Shown here: in pieces, positions 48,142 to 58,321 of the stretch
Layout of the letters: each line of letters begins with the position of its first letter
How positions within the stretch are numbered: the stretch's first letter is position 1
Origin: Candidatus Sumerlaeia bacterium
GTDB lineage: Bacteria > Sumerlaeota > Sumerlaeia > SLMS01 > JANRJK01
NCBI GenBank assembly: GCA_033764015.1
Contig: JANRJK010000005.1
Location: 17,659 to 81,658 of the forward strand
Direction of reading: 5' to 3'
Length of the DNA: 64,000 bases
Made by a program: the position numbers and the translations under genes
Notes under the pieces: model-generated
What the model saw: only the letters and a program-made list of their open reading frames with translations
Told to the model about the DNA's origin: nothing
Database searches by the model: none

Positions 48142-49507
48142 GTTCGAGCGCGTCGCGGGCGGCGTCCCACTGGGCGAGCTGCTCCGCGCGCGCGCCCTCC
48201 CAGCCCTGCGTGCCGGGGCGGTACAGCCGCCGCCGGTGGAGCGCTTTCGGAAGGCCCTGCTTCGCCTCGAAGGCGCCCTCCGCGTCGTGGTCGTAGGTGT
48301 ACTCCTTGCCATAGCCGATCTGCTTCATCAGGCCGGTGGGCGCGTTGCGCAGGTCGAGCGGCACCGGCAGCGCGCCGCCCTCGTCGACGAGCGCGCAGGC
48401 GTCCTTGTAGGCGCGGTAGGTCGAGTTGCTCTTCGGCGCGAGCGCCAGGTAGAGGCAGCATTCCGCGAGGGCGAGTTCTCCTTCCGGGCTGCCGAGGCGT
48501 TCGTAGGCGTCGAGGGCGGAGAGCGCCATGGAGAGCGCGGGGGGGTGCGCGAGGCCGATGTCCTCGGAGGCGAAGCGCACCATGCGGCGCGCGACGTAGC
48601 GCGGGTCCTCCCCCGCCTTGAGCATCCGCGCCAGCCAGTAGAGCGCGCCGTGCGGGTCGCTGGAGCGGAGCGTCTTGTGGAGCGCGCTGATGAGGTTGAA
48701 GTGCTCCTCGCCGCTCCGGTCGTAGAGGTAGTGGCGCTGGGCGGCGGTGCGGACCTTCTCCGGCGTGACCTCGCCGGGGGCGTCGGCGGTGCGCTCGATG
48801 GAGGCGACCAGCTCGAGGAGCCCGAGCGCGCGCCGCGCGTCGCCGTCGCTGAGGTTCGCGACCGCGTCGAAGGCGGCGTCGGCGAAGGCGATCGGGGGCT
48901 CCTCTCGGTTCAGGAGATCGAGGCCGCGACGGAGCAGGCGGCCGAGCACTTCGGGGCCGTGCGCCTTGAGCACGAACACGCGGCAGCGCGAGAGCAGCGG
49001 CGCGAACACCGAGAAGCTGGGGTTCTCCGTCGTGGCGCCGATGAACGTCACGAGGCCCGATTCGACATGCGGGAGGAAGGCGTCCTGCTGCGCTTTGTTG
49101 AAACGGTGCAGCTCGTCGATGAAGAGGATCGTGCGGCGCCCGAAGCGGCGGTTGCTCTTGGCGGCGTCAACGACCGCGCGGACATCCTTGATCGCGGCGG
49201 TGACCGCGGAGAGCGGGACGAAGTCGGCGCTGACTTCGTTGGCGATGAGGCCGGCGAGCGTGGTCTTGCCGCTGCCGGGGGGCCCCCAGAGGACCATCGA
49301 GGGGATGCGGTCCGCGCGGATCAGCTTGGTGAGCGGCCCCGCGTCGCCGACGAGGTCCTCCTGGCCGAGGTAGTCGGCGAGGGCGCGGGGGCGCATGCGT
49401 TCCGCGAGGGGGCGGTCGTCGCGCCCCGGGAGCGCGGCGGTGTTGTCGCCGGGGCGCGCCTGCGGCGGCGGCTCGGGGGCGAAGAGGTCGTCCTGCTCCG
49501 GCGTCAT
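48131..49507 (-). CDS. rarA: replication-associated recombination protein A
   Basis: PLAERMRP, WGPPGSGKTT, DELHRFNKAQQD, ISALHK, ASEDIGLA. Confidence 0.95.
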   Translation of the reverse strand: MTPEQDDLFAPEPPPQARPGDNTAALPGRDDRPLAERMRPRALADYLGQEDLVGDAGPLTKLIRADRIPSMVLWGPPGSGKTTLAGLIANEVSADFVPLSAVTAAIKDVRAVVDAAKSNRRFGRRTILFIDELHRFNKAQQDAFLPHVESGLVTFIGATTENPSFSVFAPLLSRCRVFVLKAHGPEVLGRLLRRGLDLLNREEPPIAFADAAFDAVANLSDGDARRALGLLELVASIERTADAPGEVTPEKVRTAAQRHYLYDRSGEEHFNLISALHKTLRSSDPHGALYWLARMLKAGEDPRYVARRMVRFASEDIGLAHPPALSMALSALDAYERLGSPEGELALAECCLYLALAPKSNSTYRAYKDACALVDEGGALPVPLDLRNAPTGLMKQIGYGKEYTYDHDAEGAFEAKQGLPKALHRRRLYRPGTQGWEGARAEQLAQWDAARDALEPKE

Positions 49508-50466
49508 CGGGCGGAGGCGAGGCGCACCGTGGGCACCTCGGCGGTGGCGAGGATCTCGTCGACGATCTGGCGGGCGGTGGTGCCGGCGAGGCGCGCCTGC
49601 GGGCGGAGCAGCAGCCGGTGCGTGAGCACGTGCGGGGCGAGCGCCTTCACGCGGTCCGGCGTGGCGAAGCCGCGGCCCTCGAGCCACGCGTGCGCCTGCG
49701 CCAGGCGGTAGAGCCCGATCGCCGCGCGGGGGCTTGCGCCAAGCGCCACGTCGCGGTGCCCGCGCGTCGCCGTCGCCAGGCGCACGATGTAGTCCACCAC
49801 GTTCGGCTCGATCTCGACGGAATCGCGGATCCGCTGCTGCGCGGCCACGATGTCGGCGGCGGTCGCCACCGCGGCGAGCTGCGCGATCGGGTGCCCGTGG
49901 CGCTGCGCCTCGACGATGCGGCGCTCGACCAGCGGCTCCGCGTAGCCGAGCGTGAGCCGCACCAGGAAGCGGTCGAGCTGCGCCTCCGGCAGCGGGTAGA
50001 CGCCCGCCTGCTCGATCGGGTTCTGCGTCGCGATCACGAAGAATGGCTCCGGGAGCGCGTGCGTTTCGCCGTCCACGCTGATCGTGCGCTCCTCCATCGC
50101 CTCGAGGAGGGCGGACTGCGTGCGCGGCGTGGCGCGGTTCAGCTCGTCCGCGAGCACCACGCTGGCGAAGAGCGGCCCCTCGCGGAACTCGAAGGACTGG
50201 TCGCGCTGGTTGTAGATCGACACGCCGGTGAGGTCGGCGGGGAGCAGGTCCGGCGTGAACTGCACGCGGCGGAAGGAGGCGTCGATGCTCCGCGCGAGCG
50301 ACCGCGCCAGCATCGTCTTCCCGGTGCCCGGCACATCCTCCAGCAGCACATGGCCGCCCGCGAGGAGCGCCGCCGTGGCGACAAGGATCGCCTCGTCCTT
50401 CCCCTCGATCACCCGGGCGATATTGCCGGCGACAAGCCGGGCGGGATGCATGTCGGTTGGGTTCAC
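49504..50466 (-). CDS. moxR: MoxR family AAA+ ATPase
   Basis: EDVPGTGKT, RVQFTPDLLPAD, DELNRATPRTQSALLE, LPEAQLDRF. Confidence 0.92.
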   Translation of the reverse strand: MNPTDMHPARLVAGNIARVIEGKDEAILVATAALLAGGHVLLEDVPGTGKTMLARSLARSIDASFRRVQFTPDLLPADLTGVSIYNQRDQSFEFREGPLFASVVLADELNRATPRTQSALLEAMEERTISVDGETHALPEPFFVIATQNPIEQAGVYPLPEAQLDRFLVRLTLGYAEPLVERRIVEAQRHGHPIAQLAAVATAADIVAAQQRIRDSVEIEPNVVDYIVRLATATRGHRDVALGASPRAAIGLYRLAQAHAWLEGRGFATPDRVKALAPHVLTHRLLLRPQARLAGTTARQIVDEILATAEVPTVRLASAR

Positions 50467-50678
50467 GTTCGCGGGTCCTCAGGCCCGCCGCGAGTGAACC
50501 GCGCGCAAGTGCGCGAGACAAGGGGGACGCTGGGGTGGGGGGGCGTGCCAATCATTACGGTCCAGCCCATCCGCCTTCCTTAGCCGCCAGCATGCGGACT
50601 ATTCCTGCAAATTTGATTGACAACTGGTCCGGTTATGGGCCACAGATTCCCCCGAGATTGACGACTTTAGGGGACCTA

Positions 50679-51863
50679 ATGGGCGACACCGTGAGTCTTG
50701 ACCAAGATGTAGTCCAGTTAGCTAGGCTGGCGATGGCTGGCCGGCCGCAGGATGTGCATGCCTTCGTGCAACGTCTTGCCCACCGCTATCGCTCCGCTCA
50801 TCCCGAATTGGCGGGCGAAATCCGAGCGCTCTTGCAGGAATCGCCCACCCGGCAGTCCCCCATCCGGCGCCAGGCCTCAGTTGCACCGGTCCCGGTTGAT
50901 CTCGAGTCCAGATTGCATCTGCTTCGGGTTGAAGGACACCCAAGCGTCGAATTGGAGCCAATCTGGGCCCCCGAAGTCGATACCGCGCTCCGCCAGATCG
51001 TTTCCGAACGTAGCCGAGAGGCGGAGCTCCTAAAGCAGGGCCTCTCCCCCACCCGCTCTATGATTCTCACGGGCCCTCCCGGAGTCGGGAAAACACTGGC
51101 TGCACGGTGGCTGGCGAGGGAACTCGGGCGGCCGCTGCTGACGCTCGACCTCTCTGCCGTCATGAGCAGCTATCTGGGGCGAACTGGGGCGAACGTGAGG
51201 CACGTACTCGACTACGCCAAGGGCGTTGACTGCGTGCTTCTACTCGACGAACTCGACGCAATCGCCAAGCGACGTGATGATGCCACAGACGTCGGAGAAC
51301 TCAAGCGACTCGTAACGGTACTGCTTCAGGAGATCGACGATTGGCCCTCGCGCGGGCTCCTTATCGCTGCAACGAATCACGCGGAACTTCTCGATCCGGC
51401 GGTATGGCGGCGATTCGAGATGCGCGTCGTTTTCCCGATGCCGAACAACGACGCCGTTGATCGGGCGGTCGAGGCCTTCATGGGAAACAGTGAGGCACCT
51501 CAAGCGTGGCGTGACGCGCTGGCGATGACCTTGCGAGGGAAGTCGTTCAGCGACATCGAACGTCAGGTACTGGTCACTCGACGCGCGGCAGTGGTACGCG
51601 GGTACACGATGGAGCAGGCGATCATCGAAATGCTTCGCGACCGGATTGAGACACTAACCCGAAAAGAGCGCGGCACCATCGCCCTGTTGCTGGCGGAAGC
51701 GGGCGTTTCGCAACGACAGGTTCACGATTTGACTGGTGTTAGCCGCGACACGATTCGGAAAAGGACAAAAGCCTTGCCGAACAACTCGAAGGTGCCTTCA
51801 ACTTCCCGCTCAGGCGTAGGCAAGGCGCATTCTGAGAGGCCGGAGGAGGACTATCATGCCTGA
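50679..51863 (+). CDS. ietA: AAA+ ATPase, IetA-like, with C-terminal HTH-like segment
   Basis: GPPGVGKT, LLDELDAIAK.R.D..DVGELKR, ATNH..LLDPAVWRRF; lower GC; overlaps the S8 gene. Confidence 0.8.
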   Translation: MGDTVSLDQDVVQLARLAMAGRPQDVHAFVQRLAHRYRSAHPELAGEIRALLQESPTRQSPIRRQASVAPVPVDLESRLHLLRVEGHPSVELEPIWAPEVDTALRQIVSERSREAELLKQGLSPTRSMILTGPPGVGKTLAARWLARELGRPLLTLDLSAVMSSYLGRTGANVRHVLDYAKGVDCVLLLDELDAIAKRRDDATDVGELKRLVTVLLQEIDDWPSRGLLIAATNHAELLDPAVWRRFEMRVVFPMPNNDAVDRAVEAFMGNSEAPQAWRDALAMTLRGKSFSDIERQVLVTRRAAVVRGYTMEQAIIEMLRDRIETLTRKERGTIALLLAEAGVSQRQVHDLTGVSRDTIRKRTKALPNNSKVPSTSRSGVGKAHSERPEEDYHA

Positions 51864-54093
51864 TCAAAGCAACTTCCTTATTGGATACGGCGAACGCCTC
51901 GCGAGCGAGATTCCCCCTCCGCCGAGTGGTGGCAAGAAGACGCACCCGTACTCGTTCAGCGAAGCCAGAGAGCGGCTTTCACCCAAGATCAAGTCGGCTG
52001 CGAGGGAGCTTGCGGGTCTGCCGATCGACGCCTGTCCCGGCGACCAGACCGTTGCCCTAGTCACTTTACACCCGGCGTACTTGGCGAAATCCTACTATCC
52101 TGCCGACCTCCTGAGGGCCTACGGTTTGGATGCCGTGGGTAGCCGAGCCCGGGAAGTGTCGCCCGAGAAGTGGGCCAAGAAGCGGCCGCCGACCGAGGCG
52201 GTAACGTCGGAGCTCTTCGTCTCCGGCCCGCGGAGGCGTTTCGGACAACTCGCCGCCGAAATCGACCGGCTTCAGGAGAAGACCCTCGGTGCTTTAGACC
52301 TCATAAAGATCGAGGACTTTCGGGTCCAGCCAGCCGAAGAGAAGCTTAAGCCATTCCGGTCGGAAGAGGCAGAACCGTTGCTCGAAATCGTCCTCCACGC
52401 GGAGCCCATCCCCGAGAACGCCTTTATCTTGGAAGGCTTTGAGGCGTACGCCCGATCGCTGGACCTCTATCTCAATCTCGATAAGCGACGCTTTTTCGCC
52501 GAGGGGCTCTGCTTTCTGCCTCTGCGCGTACCTCGCGAGGTTGCCCCGGAACTGGCGCGCTTCTCCTTCCTTCGCCTCGCCCGCGAGATGCCGCGGCTAC
52601 GTCAGTTCAGGCCCGTCGCGCGCGCGACGCCGGGCTTCTCACAATTCGCATGTAAGCTTCCAGATGAAGGTGCGATTGATCGCGACATCAGGGTGGCAGT
52701 GTTCGACGGGGGCGTGAAGTCCGATGGCAAGCTCGACCACTGGGTATCACGCAAGAAGACGAAAGGTATAGGCGATGCAGTCCCGGAGTTTCAGAATCAC
52801 GGAACGGGAGTCACATCGGCGCTGCTCTTCGGCCCGCTCCAAGACGGCGTCACCCCCGACCGACCCTACGCTGCAGTTGATCACTACCGGGTCTTGGACG
52901 TCGACACGAAGAACGACGACCGGTTCGAGCTCTACACCGTGCTGGAGCGCATCCGGGACATCCTCGATTCTAGGCCGCGTTACGATTTCATCAACCTCAG
53001 CCTAGGACCTGACCTCCCGATTGAGGACAACGACGTTCATGCGTGGACGGCCGTCCTCGATCAGCTACTGTCCGACGGGCAGACGCTGGCTGCAGTTGCG
53101 GTCGGCAACAGCGGCGAACTTGATCGTGACGCCGGCCTTGCTCGCATTCAGACGCCGTCCGATTGCGTCAACGCTCTGGCAGTTGGTAGTTGCGACCGTA
53201 CCGGCCCAGATTGGCGTCGCGCTCCATACAGTTGTGTCGGACCCGGCCGCAGCCCTGGTATAATGAAACCCGATGGGTTGGCCTTTGGCGGCTCGCACCG
53301 CGAGCCATACTGGGTGCTGAACGCCGAGGACCCGGGGAGTGCGATGCCGACCGCGGGCACCAGCTATGCGGCGCCGACGGCGCTCCGCACCGCCATCGGC
53401 CTCCGCGCCCACTTCGGCACGCTCCTGTCGCCGCTGGCGATCAAGGCGCTGCTGCTGCACGGGTGCGATGATGAGGGCCACGACAAGACCGATGTGGGCT
53501 GGGGGCGAATCCCTTCGGACCTCAATTCTATCGTGCTGACAGAGGAAAACACGGCGCACATCGTCTATCAAGGCGAACTCCGCCCGGCCAGCTGGGTGCG
53601 GATGCAGGTCCCGATTCCGGCTGAGTCGCTGACGGGTAACGTGGACCTCGTTGCGACCTTCTGTTTCGCCAGCACCACCGATCCCCAAGATCCACTAAAC
53701 TACACTCGGAGCGGATTGGAAGTGGTGTTCCGGCCGCACGACGGGAAGCGAAAGAATCCCGAGAAGCTTCACGCCAAGCCCAAACCCTTCTTTCAGTCTC
53801 GAGACGTGTTCGTCGATGAGACAGACCTCCGGGCAGACGCTCACAAGTGGGAGACGACCCTGCACAAGCGCCTCCGAATGCGCGGCGGAGGGCTCCGCAA
53901 CCCAGTGTTCGACGTTCATTACAACGCGCGAGTGGGCGGCCGGAACGCAAAGAACGCTGACAAGATCCCGTACGCGTTGGTGCTGACGGTCCACTCCCCC
54001 AAAACGAAGGATTTATACAACAAAATCATACAGCGTTACCAGACAATCCTTGAGCCGCTGAAGCCGGTGGTTGAGATACCAATCCGTACCTAG
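51856..54093 (+). CDS. ietS: S8 subtilisin-like serine protease, IetS-like
   Basis: Triad VAVFDGG / HGTGV / AGTSYAAP and oxyanion AVGNSG; no signal peptide. Confidence 0.8.
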   Translation: MPDQSNFLIGYGERLASEIPPPPSGGKKTHPYSFSEARERLSPKIKSAARELAGLPIDACPGDQTVALVTLHPAYLAKSYYPADLLRAYGLDAVGSRAREVSPEKWAKKRPPTEAVTSELFVSGPRRRFGQLAAEIDRLQEKTLGALDLIKIEDFRVQPAEEKLKPFRSEEAEPLLEIVLHAEPIPENAFILEGFEAYARSLDLYLNLDKRRFFAEGLCFLPLRVPREVAPELARFSFLRLAREMPRLRQFRPVARATPGFSQFACKLPDEGAIDRDIRVAVFDGGVKSDGKLDHWVSRKKTKGIGDAVPEFQNHGTGVTSALLFGPLQDGVTPDRPYAAVDHYRVLDVDTKNDDRFELYTVLERIRDILDSRPRYDFINLSLGPDLPIEDNDVHAWTAVLDQLLSDGQTLAAVAVGNSGELDRDAGLARIQTPSDCVNALAVGSCDRTGPDWRRAPYSCVGPGRSPGIMKPDGLAFGGSHREPYWVLNAEDPGSAMPTAGTSYAAPTALRTAIGLRAHFGTLLSPLAIKALLLHGCDDEGHDKTDVGWGRIPSDLNSIVLTEENTAHIVYQGELRPASWVRMQVPIPAESLTGNVDLVATFCFASTTDPQDPLNYTRSGLEVVFRPHDGKRKNPEKLHAKPKPFFQSRDVFVDETDLRADAHKWETTLHKRLRMRGGGLRNPVFDVHYNARVGGRNAKNADKIPYALVLTVHSPKTKDLYNKIIQRYQTILEPLKPVVEIPIRT

Positions 54094-54871
54094 GCGCCGA
54101 GTACCGAGGATAGGTATCACTCAACATCCACTGCTCCGTTATGGCAGCACATCCACGGGCCGTTAGCTCCGCCTGCGGAATCGCCTTGAAGCGGGACAAC
54201 CTTCTCGACGTAAGGCTGTCGCAGTTGCCTTGGGCCTCTCCTTGGACAAGGCACTGCTTGACGGGGCCAGGACGGGCGTAGCCTTTGGGGAGAACGCCCT
54301 TGAGCGGCGGGGTGCCACCAAGGCCTCATCGACGGTCTTTCTGATGGCGTGAAAAGATGTGCTGGTCGAGGTGGCGCGGTTGGCCATGCTGTTTCCCGGG
54401 GACGCTGCGCGAGGCCGGGCCGAGGGGCTGACTGGGCGTCGCTATGCCGGAAAACGTGCCACGCGGCGGCAGGTGATGCAAGCGCGACTGATAGCCTCTC
54501 CATCCCTCGTGCCTGCGCGCCCACGCACTTCGGAGGCGGCAAACTTCGCCGTCTCCCGCACCCCCGGGGAATCCCTGACTTTCCATCTTCTCCGAACCGG
54601 CCGCTCCACGTCCGGAGATCATCCGCGTATCATCCGCGTATCAACCGGTGGTGGGCCGGTGAGGGTTCGGGGGCGGTTGGGCCGGGTTTCCCCGGAGATG
54701 CGGCGTTGGCCGCGCTTCGCGCTCGCGGCGGTGCGACCGCGGGGGGGGTGGCTTCGTGAAGGTCGTTCGCGCGGGCTTCGGGAACCGGTTGCCGCTCGGG
54801 GCGGGAGGCCCTAGGTTCCTTGCCTGCCGGTCGGCGTCGCGCCGTTCCGGCCCCGAGGGAGCGCAGGCGCC

Positions 54872-57814
54872 GTGCTGCATGTGCTGAAGAACTGGCTGAC
54901 CCCGCTTTCCGCGCCGCGCGCGGAGACCGTGCTGCACCCCGCGCACCTGCCGGACAATCCGCGGGCCACGCTGAACCCGACGATCCACGCGGGGGCGACG
55001 AGCGGCGATTTCGCGCGGATGACGCTGCCGTCGGTGGCGCGGTGGAAGGTGCACCGCGCCGACGAGGACCCGGGCGAGACGACGCCGTTCCTGGTTTCGC
55101 GCGACGGCATGCCGGCGTTGCCGGATGCGGACGGCTACGCGGCGGGCTACAAGCTGCGGCATGTGATCGCGCGCGGGGGCTTCGGCGAGATCTGGGAGGC
55201 GACGCAGGAGGTGCTTTCGCGCACGGTCGCGGTGAAGCGGCTGCGCGAGGACCTGCTGGAGAAGCACCGCGAGGAGCCGGAGATGCTGCTGCGCCTCGAG
55301 ACCGGCTTCCGGCAGGAGGCGCTGGTGGCGGCGTACCTGGAGCATCCGAACATCCTCCCGGTGCACGACCTCGGCGTGGACGGCTCGGGGCACCTGCTGC
55401 TGGCGACGAAGCTGGTGCGGGGGCTCGCGTGGGACATCCTGCTGAATGTCGACAAGGAGCTGCCGCGGGAGGCGTTCCTCGAAAAGCACCTGGCGATCCT
55501 GGAGCAGGTCTCGCAGGCGGTCGCGTTCGCGCACCGGCGGGGGGTGATCCACCGGGACCTGAAGCCGCCGCAGGTGATGGTGGGCGAGTTCGGCGAAGTG
55601 CTGCTGATGGACTGGGGCATCGCGATGTTCACCATGGAGGGGCTGCCGGAGGGCGTCGAACCGGCGCTGCGCGGGGTGGTGGCGCCGTCGCGGCTGAACG
55701 CGTCGAACCCCGCGGGGACCGTGGTTTACATGGCGCCGGAACAGACCGAGCAGTCGGTGCGCAACATCGGCCCGTGGACCGACATCTACCTGCTGGGGGG
55801 CATCCTCTACGAGCTGCTGACGGGGCGGACGCCGCACGAGGGCGAGTCGAAGCACCAGTCGTTCTTCCTGGCCTCGCTGGGGCAGGTGGCGCCGCCGTGG
55901 GAGGTGGCGCCGGCGCTCAACGTGCCTCCGCAGCTTTCCGAGCTGGCGATGGACTGCCTGGAGCCGATCCCGGCGAAGCGGCTCGCGAGCGTGGAGGAGT
56001 TCATCCGGCGGCTGAACGAGTTCCGCGAGGGCGCGTCGCGGCGCCGCGAGGCGCGCACGCTGCTGGCGCAGGTGTCGCTGGAGGGTCCGGAGCCTGCGGA
56101 CTACGGCCCGGTCGCGCGGGACCAGAGCCTGGTGGCCCGCGCGATGGCGCTGTGGCCGGGGAACCGGGACGCGGAGGCGGCCTACGAGGCGCTGACGCTG
56201 CGCCACGCGCGGCTGGCGCTGCGGAACCGGGACTTGAAGCTGGCGCGCATCGAGGCGACGCGGCTCCCCGCGGCGCACCCGGAGCGCGCGGCGCTGCTCG
56301 CGGAGGTGGACCGCCTGGAGGACGAGCAGGCGCGGGCGCGGGAGCGGCTGGACGCCGCCTACGCGCGGCTGCGCGCGTCGCACTCGCGGGCGGAGCGCCT
56401 CGTCGGCTTCCTCCTCGACGACCTGCACACGAGCCTGAAGGAAGTGAACCGCCTCGACATCATGGGCAAGGTGGGTCGGGAGGCGCTGGAGTACTTCGAC
56501 TCGCTCTCCGCGGAGGAGGAGCAGACGCCGGACGCGATGGCGAAGCGGGCGGCGGCCTCGCGCAACATCGGCGACGTGTTCCGCGACCAGGGGAGGCTGG
56601 AGGACGCGGACGCGGCGTTCCGGGCGTTCCACGAGCTCGCGGCGCGGCTGCTCGAGGGCGAGCCGGGGTCCGCCGAGGCGCACGCGCGCCTCGCCTCCGC
56701 GCTCGAGCGGCTGAGCGGCATCGACTACCTGCGGGGTCGGCTGGACGACGCGCTGGCGCGGCTGGAGGAGGGGTTGCGGCTGGCGGGGCGCCTCGGCGAG
56801 CTGCGCCGTCCCACGGACGCGGACGCGTTCCTGCAGGGCAAGCTGGCGCACCAGCGCGGCATCGTGCTTTGGCGGCGGCGCCGGCTCGAGGAGGCGCTCG
56901 CCGCGCAGCTCGATTCGCTCGCGCGGTTCGAGTCGCTCGCCGCGGCCTTCCCCGAGTCCGTCGAGTACCGGCAGGCGCTCGGCTGGAACCTGTCCACGCT
57001 CGGCAACGTGCACCGGGACCTGGGCGACCTGCCGGAGGCGATCCGCCGCACGGAACAAAGCCTCGCCACGCGCGCGGCGCTGTGCGCGGCGGACCCGGAC
57101 AACAAGCCGCTCATCGACGACGAGTGCTGGACGCTGACGAACCTGTCGCTGCTGCGCGAGTACAGCGGCGACTTCGAGGGCGCGCTGGTGAGCTTCGCCG
57201 GCGCGGAGCGCCTGCGGCGGCGCCTGGTCGAGGAGGATCCCAGCAACGCGGCGCACCGTAACAAGCTGGCCTTCATCGTCTCCAGCCGCGCGCGGAACCT
57301 GTACGGGCTCGAGCGCTACGCGGAGGCGGCCGCCGCCAGCGCGGAGGCGACCGACATCACCCGGCGCACGTCCTCCGCCGACCCGGGCAACATCCAGGAG
57401 CTCGGCAGCCACGCGCTCAACCTCGGGTACCACGGCCTCGCGCTCTACTACTCGGGTCATGTGGACGAGGCGCGCGCCACGCTCGCGGAGGCCCAGCCGG
57501 CCGCGCGCCGCGCCCACGCCACCGTCCCCGAGAACGGCGTGTACCAGAACGCCGTCTGCCAGTCGCTGCTGCTCGAGGGGCACCTCGCCACCCGCGACGG
57601 CGACGCGCACCGCGCGCGCGCGTGCTGGGACGAGGCGCGCCGCATCCTCGCCAAGCAGAGCTGGCGCACCGCCACCGGCCAGGGCGTCGGGATGCACTTC
57701 GAGCTCAGCGTCTTCCTGGGCGACCACGAAGCCGCCCGCGACGACGCGCGCACGCTCCGGGAGCGCCGCTGGATGATGCCGCGCTGGGAACGGATGCTGG
57801 CGGGGTTGGCGTAG
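54872..57814 (+). CDS. Hanks-type Ser/Thr protein kinase with TPR repeats
   Basis: ARGGFGEI, VAVK, HRDLKP, MDWG, GT..YMAPEQ, TDIY.LG, then helical repeats. Confidence 0.9.
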   Translation: MLHVLKNWLTPLSAPRAETVLHPAHLPDNPRATLNPTIHAGATSGDFARMTLPSVARWKVHRADEDPGETTPFLVSRDGMPALPDADGYAAGYKLRHVIARGGFGEIWEATQEVLSRTVAVKRLREDLLEKHREEPEMLLRLETGFRQEALVAAYLEHPNILPVHDLGVDGSGHLLLATKLVRGLAWDILLNVDKELPREAFLEKHLAILEQVSQAVAFAHRRGVIHRDLKPPQVMVGEFGEVLLMDWGIAMFTMEGLPEGVEPALRGVVAPSRLNASNPAGTVVYMAPEQTEQSVRNIGPWTDIYLLGGILYELLTGRTPHEGESKHQSFFLASLGQVAPPWEVAPALNVPPQLSELAMDCLEPIPAKRLASVEEFIRRLNEFREGASRRREARTLLAQVSLEGPEPADYGPVARDQSLVARAMALWPGNRDAEAAYEALTLRHARLALRNRDLKLARIEATRLPAAHPERAALLAEVDRLEDEQARARERLDAAYARLRASHSRAERLVGFLLDDLHTSLKEVNRLDIMGKVGREALEYFDSLSAEEEQTPDAMAKRAAASRNIGDVFRDQGRLEDADAAFRAFHELAARLLEGEPGSAEAHARLASALERLSGIDYLRGRLDDALARLEEGLRLAGRLGELRRPTDADAFLQGKLAHQRGIVLWRRRRLEEALAAQLDSLARFESLAAAFPESVEYRQALGWNLSTLGNVHRDLGDLPEAIRRTEQSLATRAALCAADPDNKPLIDDECWTLTNLSLLREYSGDFEGALVSFAGAERLRRRLVEEDPSNAAHRNKLAFIVSSRARNLYGLERYAEAAAASAEATDITRRTSSADPGNIQELGSHALNLGYHGLALYYSGHVDEARATLAEAQPAARRAHATVPENGVYQNAVCQSLLLEGHLATRDGDAHRARACWDEARRILAKQSWRTATGQGVGMHFELSVFLGDHEAARDDARTLRERRWMMPRWERMLAGLA

Positions 57815-57833
57815 GAAGGGAACCGCGCCGCGG

Positions 57834-58257
57834 TCAGTCCAGCACCAAGCCCTCGGGGAGCGCCGCCTCGTCGAAGGAGAGTCCGGAGCCGCGGAACCTG
57901 CGCTTCAAGAACGACACCGATTCGCGGGAATTCCGGGGCGGCTCTGAGGGGTCGTGGTGCGTCGCCCGGATTCAATGGAGGGGGAGGCGGGACTCTAGGT
58001 TATCTGTGGCGTCCGGGCACGACAGCAGCCCGGACGCCTTCCTCTCCTGTGAAGTCCATCTTCAGGTGGCCGCGCTTGACGATCCAGACATAGCGGGCGG
58101 AGGGGTCGTCGATGGAGATGACCCGCTTGGACCCGTAGCTGACGACGTTGGCGAGCTTGGCGACCTCGGCCAGTTCCTCGGGGCGCAGGTGCTTGAGCAG
58201 CGGGCATTGGGCGACATGCCACGTCGCGCCCGCCGCGGTCGGTTGCTTTGCGTCCAT
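57834..58257 (-). pseudogene. Crp/Fnr-family regulator remnant
   Basis: cNMP-domain start (PLLKHLRPEELAEVA...YVWIVKRGHLK) stops at 58000; HTH remnant THHD-x7-SRESVS in another frame at about 57912-57962. Confidence 0.65.
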
Positions 58258-58321
58258 CCTTCGCAGTGGCCCTCGGCCCGGCGCTCGCGGTTCCGGAGGC
58301 GCCGGGAAGCGCGGGCGGTCA

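Noticed and set aside
54117..54622. Short ORFs downstream of the S8 protease as a third defence gene
   Set aside because: No recognisable motifs, RBS or coding-like composition
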